In this document: in pieces, positions 38,689-52,469 of the stretch | How the letters are laid out: each line of letters starts with the position of its first letter | Numbering within the stretch: position 1 is the stretch's first letter | Assembly: GCA_030390025.1 (NCBI GenBank) | Contig: JASTWF010000035.1 | Coordinates: 3,472,001-3,536,000, forward strand | From: Squalus acanthias | Lineage: Eukaryota | Direction of reading: 5' to 3' | DNA: 64,000 nt | Program-made: the position numbers and the translations under genes | Notes under the pieces: generated by a model | Databases searched by the model: none | What the model was told of the DNA's origin: nothing | The model's input: the letters and a program-made list of their open reading frames with translations, nothing else

Positions 38689-38857
38689 GATAAAGGACGA
38701 GGTAGTTGACAAATTGGATAGGATAAAAATAGATAAAGAGGAGGTACTTAAAAGGTTGGCAGCAAAGTAGAAAAGTCACCCAGTCCAGAAGTGCTGCATC
38801 CTAGGTTGTTGAGGGAAGCAAGGGTGAAAATTGCGGAGACTCTGGCCACAACTTTCC

Positions 38858-41800
38858 AAAGGAGGACACAAATAAACTCCCAGAGATGTTGGGGAACATA
38901 GGGTCTAATGAGAGGGAGGAATTGAATGAAATCAGTATTTGTAGGGAAATGGTGTTAGGGAAATTGACGGGATTGAAGGCCGATAAATCCCCAGGGCCTG
39001 ATAATCTACATCCTAGGGTACTTAAGGAAGTAGCCCTAGAAATAGTAGATGCATTGCTGGTCATCTTTCAAAATTCTATAGACTCCGGAACAGTTCCCAT
39101 GGATTGGAGGGTAGCTAATGTAACCCCACTATTTTAAAAAGGTGGTAGAGAAAAAACGGGGAATTCTAGACCGGTAAGCCTGACATCGGTAGTGGGCAAA
39201 ATGCTAGAGTCCATTATAAAAGATGTAATCGCGGAGCACTTGGAAAACAGTGACAGGATCGGACAAAGTCAACATGGATTTACAAAAGGGAAATCATGCT
39301 TGACTAATCTACTGGAATTTTTTGAGGATGTCACTGGTAGAATAGATAAGGGAGAAACAGTGGATGTGGTGTATTTGGACTTTCAGAAGGCTTTCGATAA
39401 GGTCCCGCATAAGAGATTGGCGTGCAAAGTTAAAGCACATGGGATTGGGGGTGAGGTACTGATTTGGATAGAGAACTGGTTGGCAGACAGGAAGCAAAGA
39501 GTTGGAATAAACGGGTCTTTTTCCGAGTGGCAGGCAGTGACTAGTGGGGTACCGCAGGGATCGGTGCTAGGACCCCAGCTATTGTGAGGAACAAAAAACA
39601 AAGGGCCAAACTAATTCATAAAAAATGTGAGCATAAAAAAAGCCTGAGGGTTTTATACCTTAATGCGAGAAGCATCAGGAACAAGGTAGATGAATTAGCT
39701 GTGGAAATAGAGGTTAATAATTATGATCTAATTGGGATTACGGAAACATGGTTGCAGGGTGAGCAGGGCTGGGAGCTTAACATACAGGGGTATTCAGTAT
39801 TTAGGAAGGATCGTCAAAAAAGAAAGGGAGGAGGGGTAGCATTGCTGGTAAAAGAAGGGATAAATGCAATTGAAAGGAAGGATATTAACTCAGTTAATAC
39901 AGAATCTATATGGGTGGAGCTAAGAAATAGCGAGGGGCGAAAAACATTAATAGGAGTGGTATATAGGCCTCCAAATAGTAAAATAGAGGTTGGGGAGGGC
40001 ATCACGAGGGAAATTAGAGAAGCGTGCAATAAGAGCACAGCTGTCATCATAGGTGACTTTAACTTACATATAGATTGGAATAGCCTAATCAGTAAAAATA
40101 ATGAGGAGGAGGAATTCCTTGAGTGTTTAAGGGATGGTTATCTGGATCAATATGTCGAGGAACCAACTCGGGAACAGGCTATATTGGACTGAGTACTGTG
40201 CAATGAGAAGGGACTAATTAGTAATCTTGTTGTACGGGGACCCTTGGGTCAGAGCGATCATAACATGATCGATTTCTCACTCGAAATGGAGAGCGAAGAA
40301 ATTGACTCAGAGACTAAGGTCCTGAATTTAAACAAGGGGAATTATGATGCCATTAGACGGGAACTGAGTAGGTCTGATTGGACAACGTTCCTGGGAGGAC
40401 TGGAGGTAGATAAACAATGGCAAGCATTTAAAGATAGAATGACAAAATTGCAAAAATTGTTTATACCAATCTGGCATAAAAGGAAATCTAAAAAGGTGAC
40501 TCAACCGTGGATAACAGGGGAAATTAGAGACAGCATAAAATCCAAAGATAGGGCGTATAAAATAGCCAAAAAAAGCGCCAGAGCGGAAGATTGGGAACAG
40601 TTTAAGATAGAGCAAAGGAGGACAAAGGGCTTAATCAAGAGGGGCAAAATAGCTTACGAAAGCAAGCTGGCGGAAAATATAAAAACTAACTCCAAAAGCT
40701 TTTATAAGTATATCAAGAGGAAAAGACTGGTGAAAACCAAAGTTGGCCCATTGCAGTCAGATACGGGGGAATATATAACGGGAAATAAGGAAATGGCAGA
40801 CCAACTAAATGCATACTTTGGGTCAGTCTTTACGAAGGAAGACACAAAAAACCTCCCTGGGATATCGGGAAAAATAGGGACATTTGCAAAGGAGGAACTG
40901 ACGCAAATCAATATCTCTAAGGATATGGTGTTAAGGAAGCTAAAGGGATTGAAGGCGGACAAATCCCCAGGGCCTGATAACATGCATCCTAGGGTGCTGA
41001 AGGAGGTGGCCCTAGAGATAGCGGATGCACTAAGTATGATTTTTCAGAATTCATTAGACACGGGAACAGTGCCCATGGATTGGAGGGTAGCTAACGTTAC
41101 CCCACTATTCAAAAAGGGGGGTAGGGAAAAAGCAGGTAATTACAGACCTGTAAGCCTTACATCAGTTGTGGGCAAAATGCTGGAGTCCATCATTAAGGAT
41201 GAAATAGCGGAGCACTTAGCAAATGGGGACAGGATAGGACAGAGTCAACATGGATTTACAAAGGGTAAATCGTGCTTGACTAATCTATTGGAATTCTTTG
41301 AGGGAGTAACTGGTAAAATAGATGGGGGAGAGCCAGTAGATGTGGTGTACCTGGACTTCCAAAAGGCCTTCGATAAGGTCCCACATAAAAGATTAGCATG
41401 GAAAATTGAAGCTCATGGGATAAAGGGGAAAGTATTGACGTGGATAGAGAACTGGCTGACAGATAGAAAACAGAGAGTTGGAATAAACGGCTCATTTTCT
41501 GAATGGCAGGCAGTAACAAGTGGGGTACCACAGGGATCTGTCCTGGGTCCCCAGTTGTTCACAATTTACATTAATGACCTGGATCAGGGAGTCGGATGCA
41601 GCATTTCCAAATTTGCAGACGACACTAAACTAGGAGGGGGGGTGGGCTCAGAGGAGGAGACCAGGAAGCTCCAGAGCGATTTGGACAGACTGGGTGATTG
41701 GGCGGATAAATGGCAGATGCACTATAATGTGGACAAGTGCGAAGTTATCCACCTTGGGTGCAGGAACGGGAGGGCAAATTATTATTTAAATGGCAATAAA

Positions 41801-43524
41801 TTGGGAGAGGGGGAAGTACAGAGAGACCTGGGTGTTCTTGTACACCAGTCACTGAAGGCGAGCATGCAGGTGCAACAGGCGGTCAAGAAGGCAAACGGTA
41901 TGCTGGCCTTCATAGCAAAAGGGTTGGAATACAGGAACAGGGATACCTTGCTGCAGCTGTACAGGTCACTGGTGAGACCACACCTCGAGTACTGTGTACA
42001 GTTTTGGTCGCCTCATCTGAGGAAAGATGTTCTTGCCATGGAGGGGGTGCAGCGGCGATTCACCAGGCTGATACCAGGAATGGCGGGATTGACCTATGAG
42101 GAGAGACTATGTAGTTTAGGGATGTACACACTGGAGTTTAGAAGATTGAGAGGGGACCTCATAGAAGTGTATAAAATTCTGACAGGTCTAGACAGACTAG
42201 ATGCAGAAGGAATGTTTCCCTTGGCGGGTGAGAACAGAACTAGAGGACATAATTTAAGGATAAGGGCTAAACCATTTAGGACAGAAATGAGGGGGAATTT
42301 CTTCACTCAGAGGGTGGTGAACCTGTGGAACTCATTGCCACAGAGGGCAGTGTACGCCAGCTCATTAAATATATTTAAGAGGGAATTAGATATATTTCTA
42401 CAGGCAAAAGGGGTTAAGGGTTACGGAGAGAAGGCGGGGACGGGATACTGAATTGGAGGATCAGCCATGATCTCATTAAATGGCGGAGCAGGCTCGAAGG
42501 GCCGGATGGCCTACTCCTGCTCCTATCTTCTATGTATCTATGTATCTATGTATTCACAATATATATTAATGATCTAGACGAGGGAACTAGATGTAATATC
42601 TCCAAGTTTGCAGACGACACAAAGCTGGGTGGGCGTGTGTGCTGTGAGGAGGATGCAGAGAAACGCCAGTATGATTTGGACAGGTTGGGTGATTGGGCAG
42701 ATGCAGTATAATGTGGATAAATGCGAGGTTATCCACTTTGGTGGCAAAAACAGGAAGACAGATTATTATCTGAACGGCAATTGATTGGGAAAAGGGGAAG
42801 TGCAACGAGATCTGGGAGTCCTTGTGCACCAGTCGCTGAAGGTAAGCATGCAGGTGCAGCAGGTGGTTAAGAAGGCAAATGGTATGTTGGCCTTCATAGC
42901 GAGAGGATTCGAGTACAGGAGCAAGGATGTCTTGCTGCAGTTGTACAAGGCCTTGGTGAGACCACACCTTGAGTATTGTGCGCAGTTTTGGTCGCCTTAT
43001 CTGAGGAAGGATGTTCTTGCCGTGGAGGGAGTGCAGCGAAGATTTACCAGACTGATACCTGGGATGGCAGGAATGACGTATGAAGAGAGATTGGGTCGAT
43101 TGGGCTTATATTCGCTAGAGTTTCGAAGAATGAGAGGGGATCTCATTGAAATTTTTAAAATTCTAGCAGGACTTGACAGACTAGATGCAGGAAGGATGTT
43201 CCCGATGGCGGGGGAATCCAGAACCAGGGGTCACAGTCTAAGGATAAGGGGTAAGCCATTTAGGACTGAGATGAGGAGGAATTTCTTCACCCAGAGAGTG
43301 GTGAACCTGTGGAATTCTCTACCACAGAAGGCAGTTGAGGCCAATTCATTAAATATATTCAAGAGGGAAATAGATATATTTCTTGAGGCTAAAGGGATCA
43401 AGGGATATGGGGAGAAAGCAGGGACAGGGTACTGAATTTGGATGATCAGCCGTGATCTCATTAAATGGCGGAGCAGGCTCGAGGGACCGAATGGCCTACT
43501 CCTGCTCCTATCTTCTATGCTTCT
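38858..43524 (+). mobile_element. 5'-truncated CR1 (pieces 38858-39583 and 42551-43524)
   Basis: [11 protein letters not shown] is continuous across the inner insert. Confidence 0.9.
39584..42550 (+). mobile_element. Young CR1 with complete EN-RT ORF2 carrying one nonsense codon; TSD TATT
   Basis: ORFs 39584-40192 and 40244-42451 are in the same frame, separated by TGA at 40190 (ILD*VLC versus ILDWVLC in the 14740 ORF). TATT at 39580-39583 and 42551-42554. Confidence 0.95.
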
Positions 43525-43771
43525 ATCCTCCTTAGATATGGGAGTAGTGCCAGAGAACTATAGGATTACAAATGTTACACCCATTAAGGGGAGAGGGATA
43601 TATACGGTAACTACAGGCCTGTCAGCCTCATGTCGGTGGTAGGAAAACTTTTAGAAACAATAATCCGGGACAAATTTTACTGTCACTTGGAAAACATGGG
43701 CTAATAAATGAAAGCCAGCATGGATTTGTTAAAGCAAATCATGTTTGACTAACTGATTGAGTTCTCTGATG

Positions 43772-44010
43772 AAAGAAAGAAGAAAGACTTACCATTATAT
43801 AGCGCCTTTCATGACCACCGGACGTCCCAAAGCGCTTTACAGCCAATGAAGTACTTTTGAAGTGGAGTCACTGTTGTAATGTGGGAAACGCGGCAGCCAA
43901 TTTGCGCACAGCAAGGTCCCACAAACAGCAATGTGGCAATGACCAGATAATTTGTTTTTGTTATGTTGGTTGAGGGATAAGTATTGGCCGGGCACCGGGG
44001 ATAACTCCCC
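43772..44010 (-). mobile_element. 5'-truncated SacSINE1-type DeuSINE
   Basis: Reverse complement of ~61310-61540 with a (TTTC)n tail. Confidence 0.88.
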
Positions 44011-45494
44011 TGAAGGAACGGAGAGAGTTGATGAGGATAGTGTGGACTTTCAAAAGGCAGTTGATAAATTACCACATTATAGGCTTGTTATAAAAATTAA
44101 AGCCCATGCGATTAAAGGGACATTGGCTAAGGGACAAAAAACAGAGAGTATGGTGAACAGTTATTTTTCAGACTGGAGGGAAGTATACAGTGGTGTCCCC
44201 AGGGATCGGTGTTGGGACCCCTGCTCTTTTTGATATGTATTAATGATTTGGATTTGAGTATACAGGGCATCATTTCAAAGTTTGCAGACGACACAAAACT
44301 CAGAAATGTAGTAAATAGTGATGAGGATATTAACAGACTTCAGGAGGATACAGACAGACTGGTAAAATGGCCAGACACATGGCAGGTGAAATTTAATGCA
44401 GAGAAGTGTAAAGTGATGCAACATACACTTAATGACACAGTTTTAAAGAGTGTGCAGGGACAGAGGGACCGGGGAGTTAATGTGCATAGGTCCCTGAAGG
44501 TAGCAGGACATATTGAGAGAGTGGTTAGCAAAGCCTATGGGATCTTGGGCTTCATAAATAGTGGTATTGAGTACAAAAGTAGAGAAGTTATGCTGAACCT
44601 TTCTAAAGCGCTGGTTGGGCCACAACTGGAGTATTGCGTCCAGTTCTGGTCACCACACTTTAGGAAGGATATGAAGGCCCTTGAGAGGGTGCAGAGGAGA
44701 TTTACCAGAATGGTTCCGGGGATGGGGGATGTTAGCTACAAGGACAGGTTGGAGAAGCTGGATTTGTTTTAATTAGAGCAAAGGAGGTTGAGGGGTGATT
44801 TGATAGAGGTGTACAGGATTATGACGGGTTTGGATAGGCTAGATGGGGAAAGGCTGTTCCCACTAGTTGATGGTACAAGGACTAGGGGACACAGATTTAA
44901 GGTTTTGGGCAAGAGATACAGGGGGGATGTGAGGAAAACTTTTTTACGCAGTGAGTGGTGAGGACCTGGAACTAGCTGCCGACACAAGTGGTGGAAGCGG
45001 AGACACTCAATGTTTTCAAGGGGAGATTGGATAGGCACTTGAGGGAAATAAACTTGCAGGGCTACGGGGATAGAGCGGGGGAATGGGACTGACTGGATTG
45101 CTCTACAGAGAGCCGCACGGACTCGATGGGCCGAATGGCCTCCTTCTGTGCCGTTATGACTCTATGACATCTTGATCCCTTTGCACCTCTACTCCATTTA
45201 GACTCTTATTTTCCAAGGAGTCGGTAGCCTCCTCATTCCTCCTACCAAGATGCACCACTTCACACTTATCTATATTGAAATTCATTTGTCATTTATATAC
45301 CCATTGTTTATGGTAGAATTAATTAAAAGCTTTTACAAAGATGTACAAACTCTACTTTAAAAAAATTACTTGTCAGAAATGACTGGGATATAAAAGAACT
45401 GCATAATAATGCATTACCATTTCAGAAACATCACTCAGTTACACGGTTATGCATCAACATGCTCCTTCCGTGCTGTAACTTTCTATGATTCTAT

Positions 45495-46668
45495 GAATAA
45501 AGGCAATTACAAAGGTATGAAGAGAGTTGGCTAAAGTTGACTAGGAAAATAGATTAAATGGTAAGACAGTAGATAAGCAGTGGCAGACTTTTAAGGACAT
45601 ATTTCATAACTCTCAACAAAGATATATTCCAGTGAGAAAGAAAGACTCTACGAGAAGGATGAACCATCCGTGGCTAACTAAAGAAGTTAAGGAGGGTATC
45701 AAATTGAAAGAAAAGGCATACAATGTTGCGAAGATTAGTGGTAGGCCAGAAGATTGGGAAATTCTTAGAAACTTGCAAAGGATGACTAAAAAAAAGGGAG
45801 AAAATAGATTGAGAGTAAACTAGCAAGAAATATAAAAACAGACAGTAAGAGCTTCGACAGGTATATAAAAAGGAAGAGAGTAGCTAAAGTAAACGTTGGT
45901 CCCTTAGAGGATGAGACTGGAGAATTAACAATGAAATAGCAGAGACTTTGAACAAATATTTTGTATCAGTCTTCATGGTAGAAGACACTAAAAGCATCCC
46001 AATAATAATTAATAATCAAGGGGCAAAGGGAAGGGAGGAACTTAAAACAATCACTAAAAAAAAAGTACTAGGCAAACTAATGGGACTAAAAACTGTCAAG
46101 TCCCCTGGACCTGATGGCCTGCATCCTTGGTTTTTAAAAGAAGTGGCTCCAGAGATAGTGGATGCATTGGTTGTAATCTTCCAAAATTCCCTAGATTCTG
46201 GAAAGGTCCCAGCGGATTGGAAAACCGCAAATGTAACGCCTCTTTTCAAGAAAGGAGGGAGACAGAAAGCAGGAAACTATAGGCCAGTTAGCCCAACATA
46301 TGTCATTGGGAAAATGCTGGAGTCCATTATTAAGGAAGTAGTAGCAGGACATTTAGAAAATCATAATACAATCAAGCAGAGTCAACATGGTTTTATGAAA
46401 GGGAAATCGTGTTTGACAAGTTTATTAGTGTTCTTTGAGGATGGAATGAGCAGGGTGGATGAAGGAGAAGCAGTAGATGTGGTGTATTTGGATTTCCAAA
46501 AGACATTCAATAAGGTGCCACATAAAAGGTTACTGCACAAGGTAAGAGCTCATGGTGCTGGGGGTAATATATTAGCATGGATAGAGGATTGGCTAACTAA
46601 CAGAAAACAGAGAGTCGGGATAAATGGGTCATTTTCAGGTTGGCATAGTGGGGTGCCAGAGGAATCAC
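45495..46668 (+). mobile_element. CR1 ORF2 fragment ending at SGVPEES (continues at 35213-35150 on the - strand)
   Basis: ORF 45948-46769 motifs; breaks at the RT GVPQGS motif. Confidence 0.88.
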
Positions 46669-47170
46669 TGCGGGACCTTATCGAAAGCCTTCTGAAAGTC
46701 TACGTACACCACATCCACTGTTTCTCCCTTATCTATTCTACCAGTTACATCCTCAAAAAATTCCAGTAGTTTAGTCAAGCATGATTTACCTTTTGTAAAT
46801 CCATGTTGACTTTGTCCGATCCTGTCACTGTTTTCCAAGTGCTCTGCTATTACATCTTTTATAATGGACTCCGGCAATCCCGTCAATTTCCCTAACACCA
46901 TTTCCCTACAAATACTGATTTCATTCAGTTCTTCCCTCTCATTAGACCCTATGTTTCCCGACATCTCTGGGAGGTTATTTGTGTCCTCCTTTGTGAAGAC
47001 AGAACCAAAGTATGTATTTAATTGGTCTGCCATTTCTTTGTTCCCCATTATAAATTCCCCTGATTCTGACTGCAAGGGACCTACACTTGACTTCACCAAT
47101 CTTTTTCTCTTCACATATCTATAGAAGCTTTTACAGTCAGTTTTTATGTTCCCTGCAAGCTTACTCTCAT
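46669..47170 (-). mobile_element. CR1 5' half with internal deletion (partner of 35214-36370)
   Basis: ESKLAGNIKTDCK...QKAFDKVP. Confidence 0.85.
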
Positions 47171-50100
47171 TTAGCCCTCGGTATCTGTCATACGCCTCCC
47201 TTTTATTCTTCATCCTATCCTGTATGTCTCTATACATCCAGGGGGCTCTAGATTTGTTAGTCCCACCTTTTTTCTTTAAGGGCACATATTTGGTCTGAAC
47301 CCTCCGGATCTCCTCCTTGAATGCCTCCCACTGCTCTGACACTAATCTGACACCTTCAAGTAGCTGTTTCCAGTCCACTATGGCTAAATCCCCTCTGAGT
47401 TTAGCAAAATTTGCTTTTCCCCAATTTAGAATTTTTATTCCTGGTCTATCCTTGTCCTTTTCCATAACTACCTTAAATCTAACAGAATTATGGTCACCAG
47501 CACCAAAATGCTCCCCCACTGATGCGCCTTCTACCTGCCCAGCTTCATTCCCTAAAACTAAGTCCAGAATCGCCCCCTCCCTTGTTGGGCTTGCTGCATA
47601 CTGGCTAAAAAAGTTCTCCTGGATGCATTTTAGGAATTCTGCACCCTCTATACCCTTCACACTAATTTTATCCCAGTTAATATTGGGGTAGTTGAAATCC
47701 CCTACTGTTACTGCCCTATAGTTTTTGCACTTCTCAGAAATTTGTCTACATAAGAACATAAGAAATAGGAGCAGGAGTAGGCCAATTGGCCCCTCGAGCC
47801 TGCACCTCCATTCAATAAGATCATGGCTGATCTGATCCTAACGCCAATCTACTATCACAGAACCATCGCCTGAACCTAACAGAATTGGACACACGAAATA
47901 GGAGCAGGATCAGGCTACACGGCCCCTGGGCCCGCTACGCTACCCACAGGGCCATGACCGATCCGAACCTAGACTCATGTCCAAATTCCTGCCCGCTCCC
48001 CGTAACCCTTAATTCCCTTTACTTCTAGGAAACTGTCTATTTCTGTTTTAAATTTATGTAATGATGTAGCTTCTACAGCTTTTTGGGGCAGCATATTCCA
48101 TGGACCTACCACCCTCTGAGTGAAGTAGTTCCTTCTCATCTCAGTTTTGAAAGAGCAGCCCCTTATTCTAAGACTATGCCCCCTAGTTCTAGTTTCACCC
48201 ATCATCGGGAACATCCACCCGATCCAACCCCTTCACAATCTTATATGTTTCAATAAGATCGCCTCTCATTCTTCTGAACTCCAATGAGTAGAGTCCCAAT
48301 CTACCCAACCTCTCCTCATATGTCCATCCCCTCATCCCCGGGATTAACTGAGTGAACCTTCTTTGTACTGACTCGAGAGCAAGTATGTCTTTTCTTAAGT
48401 ATGGACACCAAAACTGTATGCAGTATTCCAGGTGCGGTCTCACCAATACCTTGTACAACTGAAGCAATACCTCCCTATTTTTATATTCTATCCCCTTAGC
48501 AATGAAAGCCAATTGGCCTTCTTAATCACTTGCTGCACCTGCATACTAACCTTTTGAGTTTCGTGCACCAGGACCCCCAGATCCCTTTGTACTTCAGTAC
48601 TTTCCAGTTTCTTGCCATTTAGATAATAACTTGCTCTACTATTTTTCCTGCCAAAGTGCATAACCTCACACTTTCCAGTATTGTATTCCATCTGCCAAAT
48701 CTCTGCCCACTTACTTAGCCTGTCTATGTCCCCTTGCAGATTTTTTATGTCCTCCTCTCTCACTACTTTCCCTCCCATCTTAGTATCATCTGCAAACTTT
48801 GATATGTTACACTCAGTCCCCTCCTCCAAATCGTTAATATAGATTGTAAAGAGTTGGGGACCCAGACTGACCCCTGCGGAACACCACTAGTTACTGATTG
48901 CCAGTCTGAGAATGAACCATTTATCCCAACTCTCTGCCTTCTGTTAGATGGCCAATCCTCTATCCATGCCAGAATATTCCCCCCAATCCTGTGATTTTTT
49001 ACCTTAAGCAATAATCTTTTGTGTGGCACCTTGTCAAATGCCTTTTGGAAGTCTAAATACACCACATCCACTGGTTCCCCTTTATCCACCCTGTATGTTA
49101 CTTCCTCAAAGAACTGCAGCAAATTTGTCAAACATGACTTCCCCTTCATAAAACCATGCTGACTTTGTCCTATTAAATTATGATTATCCAAATGTCCCGT
49201 TACTGTCTCCTTAATAATGGACTCCAAAATTTTACCTACCACAGATGTTAGGCTAACCGGTCTATAGTTTCCAGCCTTCTGTCTACTGCCCTTTTTAAAT
49301 AAGGGTGTTACATTAGCAGTTTTCCAGTCTGCCGGGATCTTTGCTGAGTCCAGCGAGTTTTGGAAAATTATTACCAATGCATCCTCAATCCCTACCGCCA
49401 CTTCCCTCAAGACCCTAGGATGTAAGCCATCAGGTCCAGGTGATTTATCCGCCTTGAGTCCCATTATTTTACTGAGTACCACTTCCTTAGTGATTTTGAT
49501 CGTGTTTAGCTCCTCCCCCCCCATAGCCCCCTGTTTGTCCAGTGTTGGGATATTCTTAGTGTCCTCTACTGTAAAGACTGATACAAAATATTCATTCAGT
49601 GTATTTGCCATCGCCATATTTCCCACCATTAATTTCCCGGTCTCCTCCTCTAAGGGACCAACATTTACTTTAGCCACCCTTTTTCTTTTTATATAACTAT
49701 AAAAACTCTTACTATCTGTTTTTATATTGTTTGCTAATTTACTTTCATAATCTATCTTCCCTTTCTTAATCAATCTTTTTGTTATTTTTTGCTGTCTTTT
49801 AAAGTTTTCCCAATCTTCTATTCTCCCACTAGATTTGGCTACCTTATAAGCCCTTGTTTTTAGTCGAATACTATCCTTAATTTCTTTACTTAGCCACGGA
49901 TGACTGTCTTTTTTTTTACACCCTTTTCTTCTCAGTGGAATATATATTTTTTGGAAGTTGTAAAATAACTCCTTAAATGTACACCACTGATCATGTATCG
50001 TCTTACCCTTTAATCTATTTTCTAATCCACTCTACTAAATTCCGCTCGCATACCTTCATAGTCTCCTTTATTCAAGCTTAGCACGCTTGTTTGAGATCCA

Positions 50101-52420
50101 ACCTTCTCACCCTCTAATTGAATATGGAATTCAACCATGTTATGGTCACTCATTCCAAGGGATCCTTTACTCGGACATTTTTAATTAATCCTGTCTCGTT
50201 ACATAGGACCGGATCTAAGGTTGCTTGCCCCCTGGTCGGTTCAGTTACATACTGCTCAAGAAACCCATCCCTAATACACTCAATGAACTCATCCTCAAGG
50301 CAGCCCTGCCCAATTTGATTTGTCCAATTAATATGATAGTTAAAATCCCCCATAATTATAGATGTTCCCTTATTACAAGCCTCAACTATTTCCTGATTGA
50401 TACTCCATCCAACAGAGTTGCAACTATTCGGAGGCCTATAAACTACGCCCACTAGTGTTTTTTTCCCCTTATTATTCCTTATCTCCACCCAAACTGTTTC
50501 ATTATCCTGATCTTTTGACCCAATATCATTTCTCTGTATTACAGTGATTCCTTCCTTTATTAACATAGCCACCCCACCTCCCCTTCCTTCCTGCCTGTCC
50601 TTCCTGATCGTTAAATAACCTGGTATGTTTAATTCCCAGGCATTGTCACCCTGCAGCCATGTTTTTCTGTAATGGCCACAAGATCATACCCATATGTAGT
50701 TATTTGTGCCATTAACTCGTCTATTTTGTTACGAATGCTACGTGCATTTAGATAGAGAACTTTCAAATATGTTTTGTGACACTTAGTTCCTGCTTTTGCC
50801 CTTTTTATTACTTTACCTTTTACTCCATACCTTCTGCCCCTTCCTGACACACTCTGGTTTTTAATTTCCCCACTGCTACCTAAGTCTATAACCTTCTCTT
50901 TTGCATTTTTATTATTTGCTCTCTAGGAACCTCCCCCCCACTAGTTAGTTTAAAGCCCTCTCTACATATTTGTTCATCTATCTCCCTCTCACTGTTTGGG
51001 GGTCTGTAGTACACTCCCAGCAGTGTGTTCGCCTCTTTTTTGTTTTTCAATTCGACCCATATGGCCTCGTTTGATGATCCCTCCAACATATCATCCCTCC
51101 TCACAGCTGTAATAGTTTCTTTAATCAATACCGCAACCCCGCCCTCCCTTTTTACCTTCCTCTCTATCCCGTCTGAAAATCGTGTAACCAGGAATGTTGA
51201 GCTGCCATACCTGCCCCTCTTTCAGCCACGTCTCTGTAATAGCTATAATATCATAGTCCCAAGTATCTACCTGTGCCCTCATCTCATCTGCCTTGTTCGC
51301 TATACTCCTTGCATTGAAGTATATACCATTTAGTACAGGCAAGCCTCCTTGTTGACTACTATCTAGCCCTTGATTCCTCTGTCCTTCCAATTTACTTTCT
51401 ATGTTTTTGTTTTCCAATTCCAGTTTTTCTTCCCTCCCTACTGACTCTATTCTTAGGTTCCCATCCCCCTGCCAAGCTAGTTTAAACCCTCCCCAACAGC
51501 ACTTGCAAACCCCCTTGTGAGGATATTGGTCCCAGCTCTGTTGAGGTGCAACTCGTCCGGCTTGTACAGGTCCCACTTCCCCCAGAAACGGTCCCAATGC
51601 CTCAGGAATCTAAAGCCCTCCCTCCTGCACCATCCTTCCAGCCACGCTTTCATCCGCTCTATCCTCCTATTTCTGGACTCACTAGCACGTGGCACCGGGT
51701 GTAATCCGGAGATTACTACCTTTTGAGGTCCTGTTTTTTAATCTGACTCCTAGCTCCCTAAACTCTGCCTGCAGGACCTCATCCCTCTTTCTACCTATGT
51801 CATTGGTACCGATATGGACCACGACATCTGGCTGTTCACCCTCACCCCCCAGAATGCAATGCAGCCGTTCAGTGACATCCTTGACCCTGGCACCAGGGAG
51901 GCAACATATCATCCTGGAGTCACGCCTGTGTACTCCCCTCAGTATTGAATCCTCTATCACTATTGCTCTTCCACTATATTTCCTCCCCCGCCGCTGTGTA
52001 GCGGAGCCACCTGTGGTGCCGAGGACTTGGCTCTAACTGCACTCCTCAGAGGGACCATCGCCCCCACCAGTACTCAGAATAGAACCCCGGTTGGAGAGCG
52101 AGATGCCCTCTGGGGCCTCCTGCACTGCCTGCCTGGTCTTCTTCTGTCTGGTGGTCACCCACTTGCTCTCTGTCCGCTCCCTCTTAGGCTGCGGGGTGAC
52201 CACCTCACTAAACGTGCTATCCACGTAGTTCTGAGCCTCATGGATGCACCACAGTGACTCTAGTCGCCGCTCAAGCTCCGTAAACCGTCGCTTGAGTCGT
52301 TGCAGCTGGTGACACTTACTGCACATGTAGTCATCCATGCAACGTGAAGCGTCCATGACTTTCCACATGCCACAGGATGTGCACTCCGCAAGACTGAGCT
52401 GCCCTGCTATTCCTGTCATC
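47171..52420 (-). mobile_element. CR1 5' part: ORF1 (CxxC...CxxC zinc finger, esterase) plus EN, decayed and split by an inner CR1
   Basis: ECTSCGMW..MCSKC, VVHIGTND, DELHLN, FNARSIANK; EREIDEQIC|RQISEKCK is continuous across the insert. Confidence 0.9.
47753..50960 (-). mobile_element. CR1 spanning the ORF1 end through ORF2 and a long 3' UTR; TSD TCTACATA
   Basis: TCTACATA at 47745-47752 and 50961-50968; EN YLNARSIRNK; RT with several frameshifts. Confidence 0.93.
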
Positions 52421-52469
52421 CCTTTATCTAACAGACTATTTAAAAGACTAAGTACTAACTCAGGCAAGT

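Larger units (their letters stand above)
38689..45168 (+). mobile_element. Old CR1 (pieces ~38689-38857 and 43525-45168) hosting two younger CR1s and a SINE
   Basis: ...TTFQ|SSLDMGVVPE is continuous across the insert; tail near 45165. Confidence 0.8.

Noticed and set aside
40190..40192. Programmed readthrough or selenocysteine at the in-frame TGA of CR1 ORF2
   Set aside because: A sister element has TGG (Trp) here; a single G>A change is the simpler explanation.
46665..47759. 364-aa chimeric EN-RT ORF as a novel fusion gene
   Set aside because: It is a chance in-frame join of a host CR1 and a nested, internally deleted CR1, cut by the inversion breakpoint.
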